DNA from: Paraphysomonas bandaiensis
Taxonomy: Eukaryota > Protista > Chrysophyceae
Direction: 5' to 3'
Assembly: GCA_965644295.1 (NCBI GenBank)
Contig: CBFFRP010000399.1
Location: 124,001-188,000 of the forward strand
DNA: 64,000 nt
The notes below the pieces were generated by a model. That model saw only the letters and a list, made by a program, of their open reading frames with translations, had not been told where the DNA came from and searched no databases. Of the stretch, positions 27,281 through 39,911 are shown one piece after another; the first letter of the stretch is position 1; every line of letters begins with the position of its first letter. The translations under genes and the position numbers were made by a program.

Positions 27281-28011
27281 TTATGCTTTACTGCGCTTAT
27301 GTCTCCTCTTTTTTGTTGGTCTAACATTTTCTGTTCCATTCTCAGTACTTTCTTCCACTTTATCGGATTTCTCAGGCTCCAATAACTCGGACAATACTGT
27401 GCCCATATCGGTATTCTGAAGAGGTAGCGAATGTTCACCTAGGTAGAGTTTGAATCCGGGTACATTACTGCAGGATGAAAAAATTAGTATTTTCATATAG
27501 ATAAATTGCAAGAAACATGCATACCTGAGAATAACTTGCATAGAATAGGAGCAGTTGTAAACTTCAGGGAATATATGAAAATGTTCTGGGGTGTCGGTGC
27601 CGTAGCCGTTCAGCTCCAGAAAAGTCCGCACATTGATTTCATAATCAGATTTACTACCTACTACCATCGACTGCAAAATGTCTGATATTGAATATAGTTT
27701 AGCCTCATTTTCTTGAATTTTCTGTGCAAGCGTTTAGTACAACTCTAAATGGGTGAATCACAAACCTTAATTCTATTAATAATAATTTTACGTTTGGGAT
27801 AATCGAAAGCCGTAACAAAACCAATTTCAGATTCAGTCAGGCTATTATCCGCAAGCCAGCGCTTTACTGCTTCTTTCTCTTTATCACTGGAACATATCGA
27901 GAAAATGGACGGCGAAGGTAAATAATTCGGCATCACTGGTGGCCGCATGTGCGGTGCACTGCTGTTTAATGCAGAGTCCAGATCAAGCAAAGCTGTTTCG
28001 ATGTTATCCAT
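27281..28011 (-). CDS. Hypothetical protein with basic C-terminal NLS-like tail (3 exons)
   Basis: MDNIETALL...; GT-AG introns join ORFs 27745-28110 and 27281-27676; ends PTKKRRHKRSKA. Confidence 0.6.
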
Positions 28012-28387
28012 GGCACGACAGTTGGAATATTGTTTTATATATCCCTCAGATGGTACCAATGGTCTTGATGCATATACAGTGTATGAATAGTACCATAAAG
28101 TACCACACATATTTCCCCTTTTTTTATATCAAGACAATGGCCTTTGCCAACCATATGAGATAACAAATTACAAGGGTCATAGTAGATATGATAGGATGTA
28201 ATTCTTCCACCAGTAGGAGCAGCAGATACACTACTATGTACTCAAGTACTGGTACCTGTTTGCATTGCTATCTGGTATATTGTCTACCAGTGTAGGTATA
28301 CAGCAGCACATAGTCAATCAGTACATAGAATATGGAACATTAAGAACAGAATAACCATCTCACATCTGCATATAGAGATATATACAT

Positions 28388-29023
28388 ATGGATTGTGAAT
28401 TAGAATTATATAGTGCTGTCTATGATGGTGATCTTGAGCTAGTTAAGCGATTACTAGAAAATGGTGAATCTGCTAACAGCGCTGTTGCCAATTCTGGTAT
28501 GAATTTATGCCATTTGGCTGTATTTCATCAATATCCAGACATATTATCTCTTTTAATTCAATATGGAGCTGATGTAAATGACTGTAATGATGGAGTGTCT
28601 ACTGTTCTTCAGGTAGCGATTGATTCGTATACAACGAATCCAGACGTTTCTTTGAAACTAACAGAAATATTGACGAAACACGTAAAAAATCGTAATGTGC
28701 TTGGACAAGCGCTTCAGGTTGCCAGTGGTATGGGTTTTATCCCCATAGTGCGTCTTCTATTGAACGCTGGAGCAGATCCCAACTATTTCCCTTCAGATGA
28801 TGAGTTTGAGATGACACCACTTGTTGGTATGATATTTGAGAATGAGATGATGCCAGATCATCTAGAAATCGCAAAATTATTGGTAGAAGCTGGTGCTGAT
28901 ATAAATCATGTTTCAGCGGGGAAAACTTTGATAGATTACGCAACTGAATATGGGAGAAACGATTTACTACCCTTTCTAGAGGAGAAAGGCCGAATGGAGA
29001 CCGTAGACAATCAAAATTCATGA
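28388..29023 (+). CDS. Ankyrin repeat protein (intronless)
   Basis: LYSAVYDGDLELVKRLLENG; ILSLLIQYGADVN; IVRLLLNAGADPN; IAKLLVEAGADIN. Confidence 0.9.
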   Translation: MDCELELYSAVYDGDLELVKRLLENGESANSAVANSGMNLCHLAVFHQYPDILSLLIQYGADVNDCNDGVSTVLQVAIDSYTTNPDVSLKLTEILTKHVKNRNVLGQALQVASGMGFIPIVRLLLNAGADPNYFPSDDEFEMTPLVGMIFENEMMPDHLEIAKLLVEAGADINHVSAGKTLIDYATEYGRNDLLPFLEEKGRMETVDNQNS

Positions 29024-29848
29024 CTTCATGTATTTTCAAGTACAAACATTTTAAATGGAATTCAGATATTGCTATGAAACGTGTAGTATTGGCTATGCTT
29101 GCCTTTACTTATGGATGTGGCTATTCCTATCGATATATTTGACTCGAATTGTGGTGCATGAATTAGTTTTCGCTCCAGAAACAATAATTGATAGAGATAG
29201 TGCTACCCAGTATGATGCAGTATATATTACAAATGTGATGCAAAATTTTTCGCATCTGATTGTGAACTATAACAGCTACCTCTGCCACTATAGCATATCA
29301 CTTCGTAGGGTTAGAGGGTAGATCCTCATTTCATTTTTCATTGAGACAAGCGTAGAAGACTGAAAATATATTTGTCCCTAGTCCCTACTAAATTTATCCG
29401 ACAAGTGGCAGCTGAGCATACTAATGTTATCAGACGTTCCTACTAAGTTAAAAATTTATCGATTCTACTAAACTTCAATGCGGCTCCACGACTGTCATTT
29501 TTAGATTAGTAGTTAGTAGGAACAAGGAAGTTTCTGACAAATTAGAAGGAGCAAATAGAATATTCTTTAGTAGATTTAAAAATGACGCCGCTGTAAAGGC
29601 ACTATCTTAGCAGCGTGCCTATGACCGATGCCCACACACAAGTTTATATTTCCATGCTCTATCAAAATACTGATCGATTATGTAGAGTTGAACAATGCCG
29701 AGTTTTGTGTACTTGTGTGTGTGATCTAAATGAATGATTGCGTATCCCGGAAGGCACAAAAGGAATTATATCTTCGCTACTACGTCATGATCCTTAACAC
29801 ACCGAATAACCATGATTATTACAACCCTGGCAAACACACTCGTAAACG

Positions 29849-32282
29849 CTACTCATCACCACTACGATCGACTTCTCCGCTATCAGCACTACTAACGGCA
29901 CTTTCTTCTTGCTGTTCAGCAATACCCTGCCCTATGCTAAAGTCAACATCTGCAGTTGAAACATCAGTTCGGTTCTCGGCTGTACTTCCTGAGTTCGAAG
30001 TTGTAGCGGCAGCCAGCAACGCGTTCAGGCCCTCATTCTCTGGATCTTCCTCAGCTACGCTCTGCATCGCATTTATCTCCTCTGCATTCATCAAAAACTT
30101 TCCATCGGGACAAACTTCGTAAAATATTTTTTCTGCCTGAACCACTGCTTCGTGGATATAAAGTAGATGTTCATGACTGGCATCACACTCCAATAGGTTA
30201 TTGTACTGCCCAGAGGTAGCAGCTGCTGGGATTTCACAGATTTCCGGGTGTAAAAACGACGCAAACATAATCTCTTCCAAGCTTCTTTCATTAGACAACG
30301 ACAGACGTCGCAACAGCGATATAGTATTTGTCATCAATTCCGCTGCTCTGGTTTCAATATCACTCTCTCCCTCAGTAACCATATAAGTCATCGTGTACAG
30401 TACATACACACCAGTAGGTGCAACTAGTGTAGTGGGGTCCAATTGTATTGCATACACTGCGTAGTCGTTGTCCAAAGAGTCTGTATGTGGAGGAATAACC
30501 AGCACTCCCCTCACAGCCTCCTTGTCGGGCAATATTGAGTGGGTAATCAGTGAGTGTCGCTGCACCAGTCGGTATCCCCTCTTCGATGATGATATCCGGG
30601 TGGGCTCCTCAGAATTGCTTGTGCCTACAAGAGTCGATTTGTTTTCATCCGCTGTGCTCAGAGTTCTTACGGTTTGGTCGGTTATCAAGTGCCCACACCC
30701 AATTACCCGACCACTAGTAAGTCGCACAGCAACCACACGCTGATTACAATTCAATGCATCATTGGCCCCTGCTGGTGTACACTCAGTCGGCAACGTCACA
30801 TCGGAATCGCTTCCTTTACTACGGGGATTCAGGTGCGCTGGGTCTGCAGGGGTAGTCAATATAGCTTGTACTGTATCCCGCAGTACAAATATACCCCCCC
30901 ATACGGCACTGAGACGACAGAATGCTTGTGCAAATTCGCTCGTTCCGTAAATAGGCATCAAGAAGGATGTATGGCCATAGCGTCCTGATGCGTTAATGTG
31001 ACGATATAGTCCATCTAAGGATGATCGTGCAGTAGCTGTCACACTTGGTTCCAAACAAAGACCGTGAGATATAAAAGCGGCTAACTTATTTGATACTTTA
31101 GACTGAGCTAGAAACTCGGTAAACAACTGATCCGGCTGCGTATCAAGTGTGTCACTACTGATACTGGATTTAGTATCTTTGTTTTGAGGACGAAAAAGAG
31201 CTCGGCCCTGTGCGAGCTCCGTCTCATTTAGTGTTTCTACTGGCAATCCTTCTGCAGCTCGTCCACGATCTACCGCGAACTGCATTAGTTTCATTAAAGA
31301 TCTTTTCTCTAAGGCTGTAAAGAGTTTGGAATTAAAAATATCACTCTTCGAGCTGGGTACACGGTGCATCGAAACAGGAGAGTTGGCAGTGTTCGATGGG
31401 GCAATGTAATATACACTGTCGATAGATTTGAACTCCAAGTAATGCCCCACTCCACTTTCAATAATGGCATCAACCATCTTTCCTGCTGAAAGCAGAAGCT
31501 TTGGGTTACTGTCAATATTGAATTCACGATTGCGATAAAGAAGCCGAGAAAGAGTTGGTTCATGATTCTCCCTGTAGCCCATGAACACAGGGTGAATATT
31601 AGGGTCAGATGGAGGTGCATTTGTATGTTCCATGAGGTATCCGAAACAAGCCGGTGAGCCTACAGCCGAACGTCGCACATCAGTTATTCCAGAGCTATGA
31701 CTCGCATCTTCGGTTGAGTTATACGACAAAATATTCGAGCTACATTCAACGCAAGTCACCCTATCAGTAGTATTGCCTCCTCCTATGGATTCAACATCTC
31801 TCCAAGCAAGGGCATCTATAGGACAATCAATAGCATGTCCACCAGCGGCCAATCGAGAGATACTACTTTGAATGCTCTCAGTTACCACTTGCGTCACTGA
31901 ATCACTGTCCGTTGAAGAAATTCCAGTTGTAGAGGGTAATCTCTTGGAACAAATATCCAGGAATTGAGTTAAATTAAACGTAGCGTGATCATTACCACCA
32001 TAATAGTCATTCTACCACACACAAATCAACCAAAATACAGATCTCAATATGGTTATAAACCTTATCTAAATGCAACACTTTCTTTCCTTGTTTGCTCAAA
32101 GCACTAAAGAGTTATTAGTTAATATGTTTTGTCGGTATGTATATGTATACCTGGAGACTATAGACTGCACGAGACTAACACACACATTGTCAGATTGAAT
32201 AAAGGTAATAGACTAGGAATAATGACCTGGTTCCGACTATGACACAGTCATAGTGAGGATCGAATCCATCGTTGTCATCCAT
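29849..32282 (-). CDS. Rab escort protein (Rab geranylgeranyltransferase component A; GDI/REP family); multi-exon
   Basis: YDCVIVGT..VLHLDK|NDYYGG; REFNIDSNPKLL; SGVGHYLEFK; RVPSSKSDIFNSK..LEKRSLMK; GRYG..FLMPIYGTSEFAQAFCRLSAVWGGIFVL. Confidence 0.88.
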
Positions 32283-32368
32283 GTTTATATCCTGGAGTAT
32301 ATTATGATATGGAGAATAATGCCTAAAGACCCTACACCTCCTATGCACAGATTAACATACCCTACATG

Positions 32369-32526
32369 CATACATACATACATACATACATACATACATA
32401 CATACATACATACATACATACATACATACATACATACATACATACATACATACATACATACATACATACATACATACATACATACATACATACATACATA
32501 CATACATACATACATACATACATACA

Positions 32527-32556
<30 letters not shown>
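32369..32556. repeat. (CATA)n microsatellite (reverse complement of TATG), ~0.19 kb
   Basis: Perfect tandem CATA. Confidence 0.98.
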
Positions 32557-32558
<2 letters not shown>

Positions 32559-32904
32559 CAAACTGTATACCGGTATATACACATATACAGAGCGTATTCT
32601 TTTAAAAGGTATGAAAATCATCACGTTATATTTTTACATGTACCAGTCTCCATATTCAATTTTAGTACCATGTGAGTGCATATATAAACACCCTTTCACA
32701 TATATATACATACATACATATACACTGAACTCATTTCTAAGCTATAACTTACTTATCATACATAACCCCAACAACACATACCATAATTCTATTAGTACCT
32801 TGATACCAATTATATTTGGTACCTTGAGTGCTGACTTTTTCTACTGGATTTAACGTATTAATAGTTTGATTCTATATTATTCACACGATCACTCTATCTG
32901 TAAC

Positions 32905-35900
32905 ATGAGACTGGAAGAGGCTGCTGCCATTCTTGGTGTGTCAGTCAATGCCGATATAGAGGTTCTGAAGCAAACTTATAGGAAACTCGCCTTATCATGG
33001 CATCCTGATAAGGTATGAAGGGTTCTCTAGATATATGTTTGTATATATGGACTAATAGTATATATAACTTCTTGTATAGTGCACTGATCCTCGTGCAAAA
33101 GAAAAGTTCCAGCAGATATCTGTAGCTTATACAAGATTAATATCCTCGCGTGGAGGGGGTGATGATTATGATAGTGATGAGGAGAACGGACATCCCTGTG
33201 ACGACGATGCCCACGAAATGAGGGCTTTTATGCGAATGTTTATGGATTTGGTGGGGATATTCAACGATGAACAGACTATTCCTGAAGATGGTAAGCTTCC
33301 AGGAGGTAATTATTGCATATTACGTTGTAAATATACCCTGATTGTGTGACATAGGTGTATCTTTCGGTATGATGTTTGGAACCCCCCCGGATACTAATGA
33401 AGACTGGAGTAGTGAGGACGAAGAAGATGGCGACGATGAAGACTATGACTCCGAGGGAGCAGATGATGGTGAGAACCTGTGGGAGCCCATGGCAAAGCAT
33501 TATTTCCACATGAATCTCAAAGAAGAAGTCAGTCAAGCTCGCGATTTTAGCTGTCCCTCAGGGAGCAATGTTGTCCGTGATGTGGACGAGGAAATGGAGG
33601 CCAAGCGTAAGCAGCGTAATGCCAAGAAACGGGCAGAGAAGCGGCGGAAACAGAAAGAGAAAAAGGTTCGTGAAGCTGCCGTGAAAGCTCAGGAGGACGA
33701 AAAGGCTAGATTAGCAGAGGAGATTAGCAAACGCGAGCAAGAGGACGCACTCCGGAAGCGGAAAGAAGAGATTCGTCAGGCACAAGAAGCTGAGAATGCT
33801 AGGCGTAAGCATCTCTTCGATCTTGTTTCGTGTGGACAGTCTGAAAAAGTGATAAGTCTCATAGAAGACCCTAAGTCGGGTGTGCGTGCAACTGAACGTT
33901 TGGCAGGGGGTGGACGGTCGGGATCGGGACTGCTCCACTATTGCGTTGCGAAGCTAATCGGGCAGGAGGTGGACACGAAGGAAGCACAGGAGGGCAAGCT
34001 CGCCATTGCTAAGTTCCTCCTCTCACTTCGGTCTCCTAGTGTGGATCTTGGACTGATCGACGAGGAAGGCCGTACCGTACTTCATGTGGCTGCCATGAGT
34101 GGGGATGTTCGCATGATAGAGTTGCTTCTGGAGCAAAGGGCGGAGCAAGACAGGAAATGCCAGTCTGCTGATATTAATGCCCGCTGTCTAAACTCGGGTT
34201 GGACACCTCTTCATTACGCAGCTGTACATGGGGTTGTTTCCTCGTGCAGGATCCTCATCAAATCTGGGGCTCTACTTAATGTACACGCCTATTCACCCGG
34301 ATCCATCAGAGATCCCGATAGTAAGGGTCCGACACCTCTTGAGCTAGTACGACAAAAGCTCGATGAACCTGGGAATTCTGCTGCTTTTATGGCTATGCTA
34401 GAGGAAGTGGTTGAAGAGTTGAGTGCTGCAGTCGCCAAGCTTGAGGCTATTCGCATGCAAAAAGAGATCGAGAGAAGCAACCGGGAGGCTAAATTGAAGG
34501 CAGAAAAGGCCAGGCTAGCTGAGAAAGAACAAACAGAGAGGGAATTGTTGGAGCGAAAACAGCGACAGCTTAAAGAGAAACAAGAGAAGGAAAGACTTAA
34601 GGCAGAGGAGGATGCGCGTAAGAGGTGTTATGTGTTGAAAACGTTGTGTAAGTGATATTTCAGGTGCTGCTGCTGCAGTGGAAGAGAAAACAGGAGGAAA
34701 GAAAAAGAAAAAGAAGAAAGACAAGAAGAAGAATTCCGAGGAGGCGTCAGTTACAACTTCCGAAGCGCATAGTGCCACTAATTCACGTGAAGTTTTTGTG
34801 GGAAAAGAAAGCGCACAGCGCGAGTCATCTTCGGCATCTGTTGCCGCAGCGTCTGCCCATTCTCCCTCTGCGAGTTCGGTGGTAGCAGCGGTAACATCTT
34901 CATCCGCTCCAGTCGCCGACGCCGTAGCAGAAATAAAATCACGTGATGAACTACTCGACCATCTTCTTGCAATGGGATTCGCGGAGTCAGACTGTATGGC
35001 CGCCATCACTTCCTGTGGCCTGAATGTTGACTTGGCTATCTCTTGGCTCTGTGACCGTCCCTCCCCTTCTCCACCCGGCACGCAGAAACCTTCTCAAGCG
35101 TCAATACACCCTACTAGTGAGGCTAAGGAGACCGCGAAGAAGTCTGGCGTAGTAAAAGCAGGAGGGACAGATGTTGATGCGGCATTGAAGGCCCAGAAAG
35201 ACAAAGAGCACAAGGAGGAGCTTCGGAGGATTAATAGGGCATGGAACGCGAAGGTCCCACAACAACGTGCTGAGGAAGAGAGGAAAAAGGTACTTTGCTT
35301 ATACCACACCATGTCTTTTTTGACACACCGAACTTGTTTATACGCAGCTCGAAGCTGAGAGGATACAAAAGGAAATGGAAAACCAGAGACTCTTACAGCA
35401 GCAACTCCAACAACAGTACTCGATGCATAGCATGTTCAACCCTACCGTGCACATGTACAGTATGCCACACCACGGCGGAGGATCAATGAACCCACCATAT
35501 ATGCACCAACAGCAGACCCCCCCAGGATCTGGCCATATGATGATGCCCCAGCAGCAGGGTATAATGCATAACAGTCAGCAGTTTCCGGACTTGTCGTATT
35601 CATCGCCTGGAGTAGGTGGAGGAGCTGGGCCTGCACCTTTGTATGGATCTGCTGGAGGACACACTGGAGTAGTGGGTGGGTCGCCAGGCTATGGCCCCAT
35701 GCAGACACCTTCACAGAATTCGCAGTCGTACGACCAGCACTCAGCGTACCAGCACGGCTACGGTATGCTTGGTCCCCAGCATGCTCAACCTGGCGCCCCG
35801 GGTGTACCCAGCATACCTACACGTTCTCGTGGCCCGTCCTCTGTCTCTCTGGGCGACAGTGATAGTGGTGTTCTTGACATGCCCCCGCCCATGTACCCTT

Positions 35901-36784
35901 CCATGGGTCAGCATAGTTCTGGAACTCCAATGCAGCCGCAGCCGCAGACGCAACCCATACACCACCAGAGCCACAGCGTGCCCCCAGTTTACGACCCAAG
36001 GAAAAGCAACCAAGTAATGTCCTCGCCCCCTGGCCAGCACACACGGCCTGGTTATCATGGGGGTATGGTAGATGCAAGTGGGATGGGGTTGAACGGGAAT
36101 GAGTACGGGTATGGTAGGGAGTATGATGGTGGAGACGGAAGCGAATTGGGCGGTACTGGCAATGGGAGTGAGTACATTGATGGAGCTGTGCACCTATCCG
36201 CAGGGGCGAAACCCTTTGTACCGAAGTTCGCAACCTCTCCCGCAGGGGTAGGATCAGTATCACAAGGTTCCCATATTGTACCTGAAACAGGTGTTGGGTC
36301 ATTCGCACTTCCTCCTATGTCTGACAATTCGGCTCCCTCATGGGGCGATAAGCACCTGGGACAAAGCGATAATGATAATATAGACACACTCTCCGGGTTT
36401 GGCGAAGGAGTTTCACAAACACACCCGAGCGAGCCGGAGACGGATATTGACAATATTATTAATGTTCCGTTAGACATTCTCTCTTTCGACGGTATAGGAG
36501 ATCCCATTGCAGGATTGGACACTACAGGTGATGACGACTTAAGCGAGTCTTTACTCGGACGGCTTGCAGTAGGAGGAGGACCCTCGTCTGACCGTAGAAG
36601 AAATAGAGGGTTACTCTTCCAGTCTTCAAATTCGTCATCGAGATTATATCCAGAGTTAGGTGGTGATGATCACTATACAGACGATGGATTGCTCCCATTC
36701 AATCAAATTATATCTGACGTTATAGATTCACCTGACGGCACATCATATCATACTGGCTCAAGTTTTTCGGAAAATGCATCTTAG
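32905..36784 (+). CDS. Multidomain protein: J-domain, coiled coil, ankyrin repeats, UBA, Q/P/G-rich low-complexity region, PAM2 motif; multi-exon
   Basis: AAAILGVS..LKQTYRKLALSWHPDK|..AKEKFQQISVAY; GRTVLHVAA; GWTPLHYAA; LLAMGFAESDCMAAITSCGLNVDLAISWL; LSAGAKPFVPK. Confidence 0.85.
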
Positions 36785-38180
36785 TCTCATTCGGTGAAAT
36801 ATTATGTAACATTGTTCGCATTAGTTATTGATATTCCGTCGATAGAAATAGTATTTTGTTAATAAGAAGTCCATGTGATTAATGGGGGGGCTATTTTTTC
36901 AGAATTCCAAGTACTAACGGTATAAAATAACCAGTGTTTAAATATTAATTCTACTACTACCTCTTGTACTGAAAGTAACTGCGTTGTCAAGGTTTGACAT
37001 AATATGAGAAGTATTAACTTAACAACAGAAGGTAACTTATACTCAATGCTGAGACATAAATTATAATCAATATCTCTTATCATTCATCAATATCATGTTG
37101 TCTCCACTACCACTCATTTCTCGTACGACGATCTTACATCGTCACTACAACTTGCATCGTCACTATATTCCGTTTTACCGCTATATGCTTATCGTCATTC
37201 ATTCTCACAATACGATTAACAAGACTACAACTGTATAATACAGTAATTTAAATACCTTATAACTACAGCTTTCAATTGCTCTCATATAGCAGAACTCAAC
37301 ATGCGTCATACTATTATAGTTTATAGTGACAAATAGTGGTCCTCAACGGATACACAACATAATTAAAACCGTAGACATGTTATTACGCTTGCGTGCCACT
37401 CAATTATGAATAATGATGATAAAGTAACTGTGCACGTACATTCAAGTTCTTCTATGATCTAAGATAATGTGTTTAAACGTTTATACCTATCAGTTGCCAT
37501 GTGCCATGTAGCCATGTAGTCATACAGCTTAAGATGCTATAATAAGCCAGCCAATTCAAGTAATTGGCAACATTTACCAATAATAGTTGCTATTGTTATC
37601 TTAATTGTTACCCAAGTCTTCCAGTCACCCAGTACACATTATCGCGCTATTAACTCATTTCAATCTTCAATTGCACTTATGTATTGTGTATTGTACATTG
37701 CATCATGCAGCAGAAGTCAACATGTAATTTCGACAACACAATATAATATAGTATATAGTGTTCCTAGCTAGCAGTGGCGGAATGTGATATATCTCAAGGC
37801 CTGGTAAGCATTAATGGATTACGGTATTGGCATTGATGGCCATTATACATTATACTTGCGGGATACTGATACCAGGCTCTGATATCTGATATACGTCTGA
37901 TGGGGATACTGTACGTTGCCCATTACAGCATTATACTGCAACTACTACCTTGCTTAAGTGCATAATATTAAATATTCACCGCTTTCTTATTATTCAGTGC
38001 TCCCAGGAAATAGTACATCGCATAAGACGTACATGCAAGCGACAGTGAATAATTAGCCACAAGAATCCATAAGACAATAGACCATGATATGCCGACATGA
38101 ATATCATGGGCGTAAAAAAAGAAATGTCTAATTACGTAGCGCATATTATTCCGAATCGGAGACACATTGCCACGAAGGAA

Positions 38181-39170
38181 CTAATACAGCTGGCGGTAGT
38201 ACTGTGTGATAGTTTCTACCGACATCAGTATAATCATCGCATGGGGCGCACATCGACCGTAGTACGCTCCGAACCCAGTCCAAAAAGCAAGTAGGCCCTC
38301 CTAAACAAGTGAATTACGAACAATACACACATATATATGAGTTTTAACCTTTCTGAGTATTTGTGAAGCACAGTCAATTATGCCTTTGTACTTGGTCCCA
38401 TCTTGTAGCCTTGATTTCATGAGGTCAAATGGCAAAGAAAACCACGCAGCGGTAAATCCTGCAATCATAGATGATCCAATCCTGGTTGACATCTGAGGTT
38501 TGCTAGGGTCAGGATCATTCAATATGCCAGCCACAACCTCCTTGGCCTAAGTAAACAGGGTTTAAAAATTACTCTGAGCAGCAAGGAACAACGTAACCTG
38601 GTCATAGCATGACATCATGCCAACGTTCATTGCCATTCCACGCAAAATATTAGGTAGAAGCCCCGAATAAAGACGCGCAGCACCTTCCTCCTTTGCAATC
38701 CGCGTGAGAGCATTGAATACATGCGTATAGTTACGTCGACTCTCTACAGGTTTCATACTGTCTGCCTGCATGCGTACCAGAGCGACATCGAATGGAGTAC
38801 CTATACAAACTGCAATAGAACCAGACGCCATACCACTTGCAGCTTTCGTCAAAAACGATAATGGTTTTCCATCATTAGCAGCAGTCAAGTGGTCAGATAT
38901 GGTGCGGTGGAGACCTATACGGGCAGTCCCATATATAGCCTGTCTCATAAGAGCTGCTGATAATCCAGCATAGACAGATGTCACCCCTTCCTCTTTAACC
39001 ATCTTTGCAATCATTCCTATAGCATTTGGCTTCTTTGTTCCCTCTGGATTGAGTGTAGCAAATAATTGAAGACGTACTTTAGCTAGATCAATTGGATGGA
39101 TGCAAGATGATGCCAGACAGGCTGCCAACCCCCCGCAAACAAATGGTTCTAATGTAGATAATATAGGCAT
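38181..39170 (-). CDS. Mitochondrial carrier, 2-oxoglutarate/malate or di/tricarboxylate subfamily (3 exons)
   Basis: Three PxDxxKxR signatures (HPIDLAKVR, TPFDVALVRMQAD, LPFDLMKSR); GLSAALMRQAIYGTARIG; YYGRCAPHAM. Confidence 0.93.
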
Positions 39171-39911
39171 TGTTTTAGTTATTCTATTCGAAGGGTATTG
39201 TTAGAATGTGTTGTGAAGAGAATGGAAGCGAGCAATAGATATGAGCGACTTGTTTCTATGGGATTGTATGCACATGGCACTATGTATGTATGTATATAGA
39301 GGGAGGTGTTAGCAGTACAGAGTACTCTGCTGTACTCTTCCACATCTAGAGTGCGGTGTGTATGTATGTGATGTACTTGTACTGCTGTGTGTACGAGTGT
39401 AGTAAGAATTCCAACCCTCAACATCAATAGCATCACCAGCAGCACCAATATCGTCATCATCAAACGTCATCACCACCTGGAAAAGAGTACGTACAGGACG
39501 GAAATTCGAATTCTACCATATGTTCTGGTGACTGGGAATATACAGTTTTCTTGAAGTTACTCACCAAAATGCTTACTTTTATCACTTCTTCATGTTTTTG
39601 GTTGTATAAAACGGAGGTTTTCACTGAACAGAGATCTATTATTTTGAGAGGAAATATTTTTGATGTACGCCAAAAAGTGTGCAGAGAGTCAATGATAATA
39701 TACGTAGAAATGTATATGTAATTGCAACCTAACCATAGTTTGATCACATCCTAATATTAGTATTAATATACTTGTATATCAGACAATAGATACTATAGAT
39801 ATTACATCATTATCATGCTGTTATTATCGTGAATTGTGTTGTTTATTTTACTGAAAAGGGCATCACTTTTCCCACCGTCTATTTGGTGTATTTCTGTTAT
39901 ACAATTGTAAC

